The notes beneath the pieces were generated by a model. The model was not told the origin of the DNA and searched no databases. It saw only the letters and a list, made by a program, of their open reading frames with translations. A stretch of DNA of 64,000 bases from the human T2T-CHM13v2.0 reference genome, Homo sapiens: the NCBI RefSeq assembly GCF_009914755.1, contig NC_060926.1. The stretch is one strand, 5' to 3'. The position numbers and the translations under genes were made by a program. Of the stretch, positions 40,472 through 52,000 are shown one piece after another. How positions within the stretch are numbered: the first letter of the stretch is position 1; each line of letters begins with the position of its first letter.

Positions 40472-42239
40472 AGTGGTTTCCAGAAAAGATCAATTCTTGA
40501 AGACCATGAAGCCACAATTAGACCAGAGACTTCCACTTGAGTGAATCCCGGGAACAATCTGAAGCATAGAAGGTGTTACAAGCAGGGGTCAATCATGAAG
40601 AAAGATGTGGCAGGCAGGAGTTAGGTGAGGGTCAAGTCAAAAAAGCCAACCATTAGAAACCATATTCCAGTTCTAGTAGGAAATGCAAATGACTCAGTGG
40701 ATGGGTCATGAGAAGACCAGAACACAGATGATAGGTGTTAAGATGAGGAGATGATCCCTCAATGGTCATGGAGGGATTTGAATTTTCTACAGTAGATTTC
40801 AAAAAAATCAGGGAAACAGCCCAATATCCTTTCAGATACCATTCTTATTGACTAGAGGCCTGGGCTTGCCTAACTTTGCAATCTGTAGGTCATCACTGTG
40901 ACCAGCTAGTTAGGGCTTGGGCAGATGGGACTTGAAACAAAGAGACGGAAATTGGTAGTAGAATCCATCTGACACTTTGACTTTTTTTTTTTTCTAATGG
41001 GATATTTTCATTAACCCCATCCTAAATTTCTATTTCCCGGATCAAATGATAGCTGGTCAAGGAACATCGTGGGTTATATTTTCTGAAAGCGTTAGCCATC
41101 TTAATTTTTTTTGTGGGAAAGGTGGAAGGGACTCACTCCTAACTTTTCCCAAACTGTTTGACAACAACATATTTTTATACGGTTATCATAAGTGTTGATT
41201 ACATTTGAAATTGGTCCTTTGGACTAAATTGTCTAAATTTTCTAGTTCAGTATGATTTACTGTATAGTGTTTCTTCAGCAGATCTAAACCTTAAAAAAAA
41301 CTACTTCCATGTGACAAACCGTGATGCAATTTTGCAGCTGTTTTCATTCTAAACATATTGAGCCCAATATATCCCAATTAGAAGAAATGTATATGAATTA
41401 TCCTTATTAAGCGGTATTTGTAATTCTCTAGCACTTGTCTAAATTTCTTTGGTCTCTATTTTCTTCTAGTTGTACATTCCAATTGGCTACATTAAGATAC
41501 AGCAGATTTTACAAAATAATGAACAATTTATACATGTTTTAAATAGAAATGTTTAAAAATTACTATGGTTTTCATTTCCTTGATTCATGAAATGATAATA
41601 TAACAGAAAGGGAAAACAAAATCCAAAATGAGATTTGGGTCATATGTTTTGCTCTGAACACTTGATTTTTCTTTGGAACTTGGAGTTTGATATAATGTGG
41701 AGCCTGGAAAGGGAGCATATGGTGTATACGAGGCACTCTTTTCTCTTACTGTGATTTTTCTCTATTTTCAAAATGCAACTTTGGGAAAAGATTTTAGGTG
41801 GATTCTGGCCACCTACCTATAAATGGTAGTGTCAATATCTTTCTTGGATCCTGCTGCCATCCAGGTGGGGGTAGAACCTTTTTGAAAAATTGTAGAAAAG
41901 GGGTGAAGTCTCATGTGATTATAGTTGTAGAAATCCAGCAACTCATACCCTCTTTGTGGTAGGCATATAAATGCTGTCTCTATCAATGTGCCTGGAGAGG
42001 GTTCCTTGAAGTACTAGTGGCTCCTTCCATCCTGTACAGTTCTTTGATGGGGATGGGATACTCTGAACTCTTGGACTGCTCTCCCTCCCTGGGCTCCCCA
42101 GATAATTTAGTTTGGAAGTTTCTTAGATACCTAGTACAAAGTGCTATCTAAGAAAGGAATTAAGCCAATTCTACTGGTATAGAACATTCATTTATTCAGA
42201 GATTATCAAACTGTAAACCACCTGATGAAATGTTCATAG

Positions 42240-42560
42240 GTTTTTTCATTGAGTATTTTGTATGTTTTTTACTTCATTACTTTCTTCTCTTCTCTTTATT
42301 GTTTCCCCCCTATAATTTATTTGAGTTTATTTTGCCATTCTTTTTCCAACTCTTTGATATGAATAATTAGCTTATTAATTATTAATTTTATGCTTTTCTG
42401 CATTTCTGGTATAGGTACTTAATTATATACATTTTCCTTTAAATATTGATTTAGCTGCATACTGCAAATTTTCTGTGTTGTTTTCATTATTGTTGAATAC
42501 AAAATGTTTAAACATTTTTAATATACTCTTTTTGTGATTTATGAATTATTCAAAGCAATG
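42240..42560 (-). mobile_element. Old L1M fragment
   Basis: T-rich tract with attttcctttaaatattgatttagctgcatactgcaaattt..tgttgttttcatt, typical of reverse L1 ORF2. Confidence 0.6.
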
Positions 42561-43759
42561 CTATTCAAGCAAAATACAAGATAAGCCACAAATTCCAGTC
42601 ACATTTGTGATTTAGAATTGTAAACTTCAAATCATGAGATTTGTTGGCCCTATGGCTGCCTCTGGTTGTGCTCAATATGATGCCTGGATATTGCTACACC
42701 AGATTCTTGCACACAGCCTTTTGCCTGGTTCTTATTGGCTCCATCTCTTTTCCCATGATTCTCCTGATTTCTCCAATACTCTTGCCATTAACTTTTGTGG
42801 CTGCAAACAGTCTGATCTTACTTCTGTCACATCCTTACCTCCACTTTGCTACTCAGAACTATAACCTTCTGAAACTTAGCCATCCTCAAACATGTGCAGA
42901 CTACTTTGTCAGAATGTTTAGATCCCTTTTCTGTTTTACAAGAGAAAATATGTGTTTATAATTATGTATAAATTAATTTCACCAAACATTAATTTATTTC
43001 ATTTCACATTAAAGTTTATCTGTAATATTTTAGGCTGTTCATAAAAGCCTCCTGAATGTAGTTCGTTAGTTCAATCTTATAAACCTAGCATTTCATTAGT
43101 AGGATACATTTCTGATGAATAAATACTGTTGGTTTTCAACATCAAACACTTTGCAACAAAAGTTGGAAAAGAGTGTCCTGCATTTACTCAAGACTACTGG
43201 ATCTTATTTCCAACCAGGATATATTTATTCTAGTTAGTGTTGATGTGACAATGGGGACTGGTGACTCGGAAAACTTAATTTACAAATATTTATAATTTAT
43301 TTTGCCTAAAATGACATTAGGGACAGAGAGGTGACCATTTGGGGAGTTAGACTGGCATGAGCTAACTACCAGTTTGTCCCAGGCATTCAAAAAATACGGC
43401 TTCAAGGAAAGCAATGGTCAAAAATAAAGGTTGAAAATAAAAACATTGTCTAGCTTTGGTGCGATATCCAAAAACTACAATAACTATTGTATTTGAAAAC
43501 TTTTTAAATATACCTTAAGCTTTCTGCCACCTTACAGAAAGGACAGTCTCTTGGCTGGCTGTTATGGCTAAATTTTAAAAATATCCATAGGGAATATCAG
43601 TCCTTCAACCTATAGATATAAAACCCCCAAATTCTGAAACTGCCAACAGTCTTTTTTTTTTTTTTTCCACAGCATTTACTTGTGTTTTGATTGCAAGAAG
43701 TACCCAGGAAGGAATAAAATTTAGTAACAGAATGAGGATGTTATGATTTTTTTTTAAAC

Positions 43760-44275
43760 TGGGTTAGGGGTGGGGAGAGGGAGAGAGAGAGAGAGAAATA
43801 TTTTGCACTGGAAAAACTATAATCTGGAGAGACAGAGGAGTTGAGAGTGCCCCTTTAAACTGCAGGACTGCAATTGATCTCTGTATGTTTTCTGGTTTTC
43901 GTCCCTTTGAAAGGGGAATGAGAGCCAGGATCATTGGCTGTACTGTGGAGCTGTCACATCTCCATACTGAAAAGGTACACTGCAAGTGAATTTAAACCGT
44001 TTTTGGCTTTCTATTGCATATTGCCAAGAGCTTTGAGACTGATGAACCAAGTAAATGCTCTATTTAGGGCTAAGTGAGATACAGATTCCTCCAATCTGAT
44101 AGCGTTTCAGCCTCCGGAGTGAGGAAGCAGCAGAAACAGAAGCAGCAGAAGCAACAGCAGTAGCAGCGGCAGCAGCAACAGCAGCAGCCCCTACTGAAGT
44201 CCAATAGAGGAGACTTGATCTCTAGTTCATTCTGGAACTCCGCCTGGGATTGTGCACTGTCCAGGGTCCTGAAAC
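43760..44275 (+). promoter_or_regulatory. DPP10: Putative promoter / 5'UTR of DPP10 first exon
   Basis: Unique sequence directly upstream of the ATG, with G-tracts, a GA repeat and an AGC repeat; TSS cannot be fixed from sequence. Confidence 0.65.
44126..44188 (+). repeat. Interrupted (CAG/AGC)n trinucleotide repeat
   Basis: agcagcagaaacagaagcagcagaagcaacagcagtagcagcggcagcagcaacagcagcagc. Confidence 0.92.
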
Positions 44276-44335
44276 ATGAACCAAACTGCCAGCGTGTCCC
44301 ATCACATCAAGTGTCAACCCTCAAAAACAATCAAG
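44276..44335 (+). CDS. DPP10: First coding exon (20 codons) of inactive dipeptidyl peptidase 10, Kv4 accessory subunit
   Basis: Translates MNQTASVSHHIKCQPSKTIK, which I recall as the human DPP10 N-terminus; A at -3, in-frame TGA at 44270-44272, phase-0 donor AAG|GTAGGA. Confidence 0.93.
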
Positions 44336-47028
44336 GTAGGATCTGGTTTTTCCCTCTGCTTCTGCACATGTGTCTTCATTCATCTACCTAACACATGGGC
44401 ATTGATATATCGGGGTACTGACAGTGGACATACCTACTTGATTTGAGTTTGAATTGAAGGTTGAGTCACAATAAAGCATTTGGCTCTGCATGTGTGTGTA
44501 GACTGGAAAGAATAGTTTCCACTGAACACTTCTTTCATCTTCATGACTTTTTTTTTTTTTACTGAGAATCTATCAGAGGTATATTTCCAGAAGAAAGTTT
44601 TGTGAGTGTCTAGAAGAGTTTCCAGTCCATGCCAATTTTCTTGATAGAACTGGGGAAGAATTTGCAAACTGCTAGAAATAAATAGCATCAAATTGACTAC
44701 AAATCTGATAACAGGATTTCATTGTCATATGAATTTTGGATCTCTTATCCTTTTTTAAAAAAAGCTCATCCTTCATTGTGAGCATTGAACTGGTGGTTAT
44801 ACTAAAGTGATTATAGTGAGAGAGGATGAAAGACTAGAGAGAGAGTATAAAATCACATGTCTTTATTTATATCACCATGTAACTCAAAACCAGTGAGATG
44901 ATTGGAGACACTCTTCAATGCAGGTGTTGTTTAAAATTTGAGGCTTTTCTGACAGCACATGGTTAAAGGTAAAGAACAAACTCACAATTTCACTCTTCTG
45001 TTTTAGTTTCAAGTCATGCTTATACCATTCTCTTTGTTTTTATTCGGGATGCTCTTATTTCCAAGAAGGCTTATAAACGACCAGACTTCCAATCAAAGTT
45101 TACTATATTTTGCCATTTACTTGAATTGTATTATTATCTATGTGGATATTTTGCATCTTGAGGGAAAGTGATGGATTCGTCTGAAACTCTTTTATGAAAA
45201 AAAAAAAAAAACTAAAACAAAAAACGTGATATCCTGACAGGGCATCTTTAGTTACTGCAATCTCTCATTAACATACAAGTGCATACCTTTTGCTACTATT
45301 CCTGATAAGCCTGACTTTTTATGATTTATATTATGTTTTGGTTTATGTCTCAGGCCTTTAATAATATTGCATAGACTGTAATTACAAAAGGAATATAATT
45401 TTCAACAATGTCTCTTCTTCATGAATTTACCTACCGTTTGCCAGAGTGTTTCAGTGATAGATAAACCATAAACTAAACATGTTCCTCTATTTATTAGCAG
45501 TGACTTTTAAAAGCAATGGGGTTTCCAGGGTATATTAAATGATGCATAATTAGATTCCCATCATACATAAACATAGGGAGTTAACTGAAATCATGCAGAA
45601 CTCATATTCAGATAATTTACACCACCTCTAATAACAGATATGAGAATCTTTTTCAGCATTAGATTTTCTGTGCTGTATCTAAGTTTAGAAATAAAAAATG
45701 TTGAGCTTTTGGTATAGTTTTCCTCTGTGTATCAGTTTCCCACATACATCAATTATCTAAGCATATCACTGAACAAAGCCAAAATAGTAAATACATGACA
45801 CTCTACATTGGGATATATAAGCTCTAGTGGGAAATATGTATTGAAGCCTAAAGTGGGATAGAGTTACAAACTGGCTGCCTACTGCTAAGTATGTCTAGAA
45901 TGCTATAACAAAACCAGTGGCTTTCTGTTTAAGAGTCTGAGGTCACAGGAATCAAGCATTTATTTTCCCTTTTCTTTATTGAGTAAGCATAAATGACTAC
46001 TACTTTCAGAGACTTCAAATCACTTCCTTTATTAGTGCTCTGGCATTGGCTGCCCACAAACAAACTGTGGAACAGAAAAAAAAATGTTTCTAGTGTAGAG
46101 GTTTTACATCATCTTGCTGATCTTGCAGATGCTGTTTTTTCCTTCTAACTGCAGCCATTGAGTTGAAATGAAAAGTATCATAAAAATTGGACAACCCACC
46201 ACTTAACAATGTATTATATTAATGGCTTAATGAAGGAATCTTGAATCAAAGCTCTGGGTAATTTGGTTAATTGTACAAGTTAAATTCTTTTGTGCACCCC
46301 ATTCCCAATATTGCTCTGGGGAGCAAAAAAATGCTTGTGATGTTCATAAAATATATATAGTCGCAAGCACTGAACTATTAAGGGAGTAATTACTTGAGTA
46401 TTTTGCAATTTGCAATAGTGAAAAGGGATGAGTGGAAAATCTCTCTTAGTTCAAATTATGTGCTCAATTATGAAACATTTATGGCTTTTTGAATTTATAC
46501 TAAAAATGGCTATCTATATTTAGGTAATGCATTAGCCTATGAACAAAATGCAATAACAATCTAAAGAAAAACTCTAAGATGAGAGGGTTTTGGGAAGCTG
46601 TGGGACATTGGAGCTCAAAATACTCTTTGAACTATTAGAATTTTAGTTTCAAGCATGGTTGTTTAAAGTTAATTTTATTCCTCACTCTTAAATTTACTAT
46701 CAATTTACTATCAGATAATTTTAAGTAACCCTCCCTCATGGAATCTGGTTGGCCTGCAGGTAATGATAACCCACTTTGAGGATCTGGAAATAAATAACTT
46801 GCATATTGCTCCATTTTAGAAATTCAAAAACCTCTAGAGACTTTTCTCCCAAAGCTCAGTGTAATAACCTCTAGAGAACTTTTCCCCCATCAGTATAGTA
46901 AATGCTGACTGTTTCTTCTCTCAACAGTTAAACTACGGCTAAAAAGAATGCAATGGGAATGAACAAAAGTGAAATGCATTGCTAAAATAGCTGTAAAGGC
47001 CAAAAGTGTGCAGGAGGAGGAAAAACAG

Positions 47029-47031
<3 letters not shown>

Positions 47032-47072
<41 letters not shown>
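47032..47072. repeat. (TG)~20 microsatellite
   Basis: Read directly. Confidence 0.97.
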
Positions 47073-47073
<1 letters not shown>

Positions 47074-48526
47074 CTCCTCCACTTGAAGTTCAAGAAGTGA
47101 TGAAGTCTATAGTGGGTAAAATTCAGCAATTGTTGCCAGTGAAGGCTGTTTGTGGCCATGATGTGTCAGAGTTGGAAAAGAGGAAATTGGGAGAAGTTAT
47201 AATGGAACAAGATGATCAAGAGTATTCAGGTTGCTTGACACTTGCTTTGGTCGTTCTGGCCATTCTTTAGCTCAGACAGTTACTGACACACTTTTCCTGG
47301 CATACTTTGGCAGGTATGTTCCTATCGTCAAAACCAGTAAGGGAGAGAAAAGGGAGTCAAATAGGGGTGCCAAGTGTGTTCTCAGATCACTTTGGGTGAA
47401 ATGCTGAATGCAATTCACTCTGAAAACTTTCCTCCATTTCAGAGCTTGTAAGGGAAGAAAGCTTTTCCTGATGTGATTACAAATCTTCCTGTGAAGGTAG
47501 CAACATTCTTTTAAAAAAAATCTTTTACTCTGAGATGTTTAATGGAAAGTTTTAGGAAGTATCTGGGAATGCTAAATAGAGATCAGATCTTTGCGTTATT
47601 ATAAACGTGATTTCTGAAGAATGTCCCCCACCATGGGTAGCAAACTTGAGTTTTTCCTTCACCATTATGGCTTCTCTTGGCTGCACTGAAAGTAAATTAA
47701 ACCTTTCAGCTAAATCTCTGATCTTGGTTTACTTCTTTTGCTAGTGGAATTGCAAACTTAGAATTTTGCCTCTAAAATGTGCAGATTTTTTTCTTATTTC
47801 TTTCACATTTGAATATCAGTCTAGTATCCTCGTGTGTCTAAAATGAGTAGAGAAAATCCTTCATCCTTTTTGAAGTTATAAATTGTGAGTAACTTATCTG
47901 GGGTGGTGATTCCTGGATCAAGAATTATATGTATTATACTTTATATGGTAACTCTGAAATACAGTACACAATATTTCTTTACCCTTCCCATGTAGTGACC
48001 GGTCTTCCTCTTTCTCTTTCCTTTTTACAAGACCTGCCTGATTTATTTTAATACTGCCTTCACACCCAGGTTTTCACTTCCATTTAGAAAAGAGTCTCAA
48101 GGTCTAAAAGTTCTAGTTACTTCCTACATAGCCCTGCTGCAAGTTTTTACAAACTATACTTAAACGAATCTTTAAGATTTTCATTGTCTTCGGAGTACAT
48201 CTTGAGCTGGCAAACTTTTTCATGGTGATTTTTACTGCCTTTTATATTGTAATATTGATGAGTCATTGTGCTAATAAAGACTTTTCCCCCTTGCTACTTC
48301 TAATCCATAGCCTCAGCCAAATGAGGCATAGGAAACAGAAGACAAGGGGTTAAAAGAGGATGAAAATCTTATCACAAGTATGTATTGTTAAATACGTAGG
48401 CTTGGAACATGGTGGTTAGGAAATAATTTCGTTAGCAAATTGGTATTTTGGAGTGTGACATTGCCATGAATTGGCATGATGAGATGGCTTGGAACTACAG
48501 CATTGCAATCTCACTGGTTGTTAAAT

Positions 48527-48785
48527 TTTTTTTTTTTTTTTTTGAGACGGAGTCTCAGCTCACTGCAACCTCCGCCTCCCAGTTTCAAGTGATTCTCCTG
48601 CCTCAGCCTCCCGAGTAGCTGGGACTACAGGCACCTGCCACCACGCCTGGCTAATTTTTGTATTTTTAGTAGAGACGGGGTTTCACCACATTGGCCAGCA
48701 TGGTCTCGATCTCTTGACCTCATTATCCACCCCTCTCAGCCTCCCAAAGTGCTGGGATTACAGGCATGAGCCACCGCGCCCGGCC
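48527..48785 (-). mobile_element. AluSc-like with ~38-bp internal deletion
   Basis: ctcttgacctc diagnostic; gagtctc joined directly to agctcactgcaacc; TSD cactggttgttaa/cacttgttgttaa. Confidence 0.95.
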
Positions 48786-49961
48786 CACTTGTTGTTAATT
48801 CTATACCCCTAACCTAAATGCTGGACACTGACAAACCTGCGTTTCACATAGTACTTGAACTTGAATTGTAAGTTATTCTTAAAGGGTATTTCATAATTAA
48901 ATATATAAATTATATCCACAAAAATTTAGAAATGCAAGGAATGTTTAATAACAAAAAATCTACCTCTGTGTGTCATTGCAATATGCAAAATGGAAGATTC
49001 TCCAATGTCATTATTACAGTATATGAAATTCTAAGTGGAAAGATTGTTACATACTTCTACATTGTACCTTATCTTAGAGAGTCTTCCTATTCCTAATCCT
49101 AAGAACTTTACTCATAAGAATACATAAAAAGAAACTTTATAAAATTATCGACTCAACATAGATTCATACACACTAAAGAAAGAGTTACCACTGGTAACTC
49201 TACAGCAACTGATTTCACCAGTGAGTTCTACACTTCCATTTAGCAAGGTACAGATTTTTCTTCAGCATTAGGATGAGTCATTCTAAGCGGTGATAGCTAA
49301 GGAAATCAAAAGAAAAAACTTACAAAAATTAGAAATAAGGATATTTTATGTGTGTGAGAGAAAACTTTTTTCTCTTAGCAATGGTCTACATATTTTTAAT
49401 TACTCTGACACAGCTTCCTTATATGCTTAAGGCAAAATCACAGCCTGTGATAAACAAGAATAGGACCATCTGCTAATGACAAATTTATCACCACTTACAA
49501 TTTCCATTTATGGCCAAGTATTTAAATCTTAAATAATTATAGCACAATTTATTTCAAATTACTATAAATTCAGCTGTTTTTAAAATGAAGCATTATAGTT
49601 TTTTTTCTTTTTAATAAAGAGTGACTATAATAATTGGCCAGCTTTACATTTTATAGCTTAGATCTTCATAAAATCAAAAGTTTCTTTTTCCTTTGACATT
49701 TATAGTGTTTGAATGTCAACTTTTACTTTGAAGAAGTATTCTTGTATAATATAATTTCAAGGTAAATTTAAACAGTTTTATGAAGTATTTAGTATTTATT
49801 TTATTCTTGAGAAAGTAATGTGTTAATACTTTTCTAGAAATTCATGTTTTGGTCAGTTAGTGAAGACATTCTTGATGGTAAATTTGTGATGACAAATTAC
49901 TAACTCTCACTGAAAAGACATTATGGGTCTACAAATGAAGCATGGACGTAGTAAGCTAAGA

Positions 49962-50135
49962 TAGTGGTTATCAAAGTGCTGTCCCTAGACCAGCAGTATC
50001 AGCATCTCCTGTGAACTCATTAAAAATGCAAATTCTTGGACTCTACTTAGACCTACTAAGTCAGAAACTCTTGGGGTAGGGCCCAGCAATCTTTGGTGGG
50101 TGATTCTGATCCATATTGATGTTTTGGAACCACTG
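49962..50135 (+). mobile_element. MER5A hAT transposon
   Basis: TIRs tagtggttatcaaa / tttggaaccactg; 8-bp TSD agctaaga/agctaaag. Confidence 0.9.
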
Positions 50136-51639
50136 AGCTAAAGAATTACAAAATAAGACACATCTGTGCTATTGTCAGCCTGTAAGAATTGTCTGAGTAC
50201 CACAGAAGAGGTCTAAACAGCTTCAGAATGATACTTAGGGTTATTAAGTAACATGAATTCTGTGACAGCCAAAATCTCATCATTAGGTTTATCTCTTTTA
50301 TTCCTCACAGGGATTACTTGATACTATGCCTTTCACCCAGTAGACATTAAATATATATTTGTTGGTTATTAATGACTGTTAAGGTCATTTAGTAGAGATA
50401 ATGCTCTAAGAGGACCTAAATGATATTGTAAGGTGTTACTCAACATGTAAGCAGGTTAGAGGCCTTGCTTTTTGTTTTAAATTCATAGAAAATTTCTCAA
50501 AGAAGTATACTGACATTTTGGCTTTTGATGGTTTTGTTCTCTGATCTTGGTTTGGGGCCATCTGGTAATCAACACATTTTGGTAACTAGGGGGATTTAGA
50601 ATCATACTAATTTTTTGTCCAGAAATTGTGCTGGAGAAATGTCTCCCTTCTTGCCAGCTGTATCTGAAAATTGGCAAACAATGGTAGGGAGGAATATCAT
50701 CACATTAGCCTTTCTCCTTGCCTTTATGAATGTTCTTTGGCCCGTAGATATGTGCCAGGTTGGTAGGGCATAACTGGAAGTAGCACACAACTGGAACAAC
50801 ATGAATAATTGTGAACAAAGCTGGCCTTCCACGGACAGACACAGCATAATATTACATTAGCAGAACAAGATTTAAGCTGGGGGATAAGCTGTGAAATAAG
50901 GAAATTACCTCCAAACAGGCTTATTTCTTGGAAATTCTTCATAGCACTCTGATGTTTTTCTTTTTTTTTTTTTTTATAGTTACCACTGGGAAGAAAAGTA
51001 AAATGCATACAGCCTGCCCTACTACCTGCAAACGGATATAAGGCAGATCGGATGGCTTTTTCTTTAGAGGGGCATCCTTAAGTGGAGTTCTCACTCTCCC
51101 TTTACCACATGAACCATGTGGTCTTGCGGAAGGCAATTAACCCTGTTAAGGATTTCTCCCCCACTAACAGAAGGGCAATAAACTTAAATTATCTGCCCAA
51201 ACAAAAATGCTATGTAAGTGCTTTGTATTATGATTTGTTCTAGTAGCAATTTTTAAGGATACGACATTTTCATAAGGAGTTGTATAGTGAGAATCAATTT
51301 TTATGACATAAAAGCTGAGAATTTTATTTGCAATTATTATTAACTATAATGATGATAAAAATTCATTTTGAAGTCACCCGGGGGATGAAAATTATCTTCT
51401 AATATTGTAGTAACATCTGCAAGATTTCATCATGAACCTTTACCAGGGAGGTAGGGGAAGAAGATTGGATTCAAATGTCATTGAAAGAACTGATTAATTC
51501 AGTAAAAAAATGCAGTTAGTCATCCCAGTGCTGTGCTACCAAAATGGAAAATACCTGGGTAGCTGCATTGATGGTACATATGGTTGCATTGAGGAGGAAT
51601 TGTATCATGGAATAAATATAGGCTTCATATGATCTCTGT

Positions 51640-52000
51640 GCTTCTAGACTTGATACTTCCTTTGCCTCACATACCTTCCCCATCCCCCAAACCCCAAAAA
51701 TGGTTCTTTTAGCAAACTCCTATTCTTACTTTAAATCTTATGCAGAATTTTCTCAGTGAGAATTTTCTCACAATCTCCTAGTCAGACTGTTATGTTCTTA
51801 CCTAATCGCCGATGTTCTCATATAGTCTTCTGTACCTCTTTAATAACAATTAATCTTTTGAGTTATAATTATTTGTTTCCATGTGAGTCTCTCTACGAGC
51901 TATTAAAGTGCTCTGATTTTTTTTTTTACTTTTGTTAATCTCAGTACCTATCCTAATATCTGCCACATAGCAGGAGCTCAATTAATATTGTTTAAATAAA
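51640..52000 (+). mobile_element. L2 3' fragment
   Basis: gcaaactcctattcttactttaa...atctcagtaccta...cacatagcaggagctcaattaatattg. Confidence 0.65.

Noticed and set aside
44126-44188. Polyglutamine-coding tract
   Set aside because: Upstream of the ATG; the CAG frame contains TAG at 44161, and the CDS frame has TGA at 44270
50822-50842. REST/RE1 site (ccacggacag core)
   Set aside because: The left half TTCAGCA is absent; only a partial match
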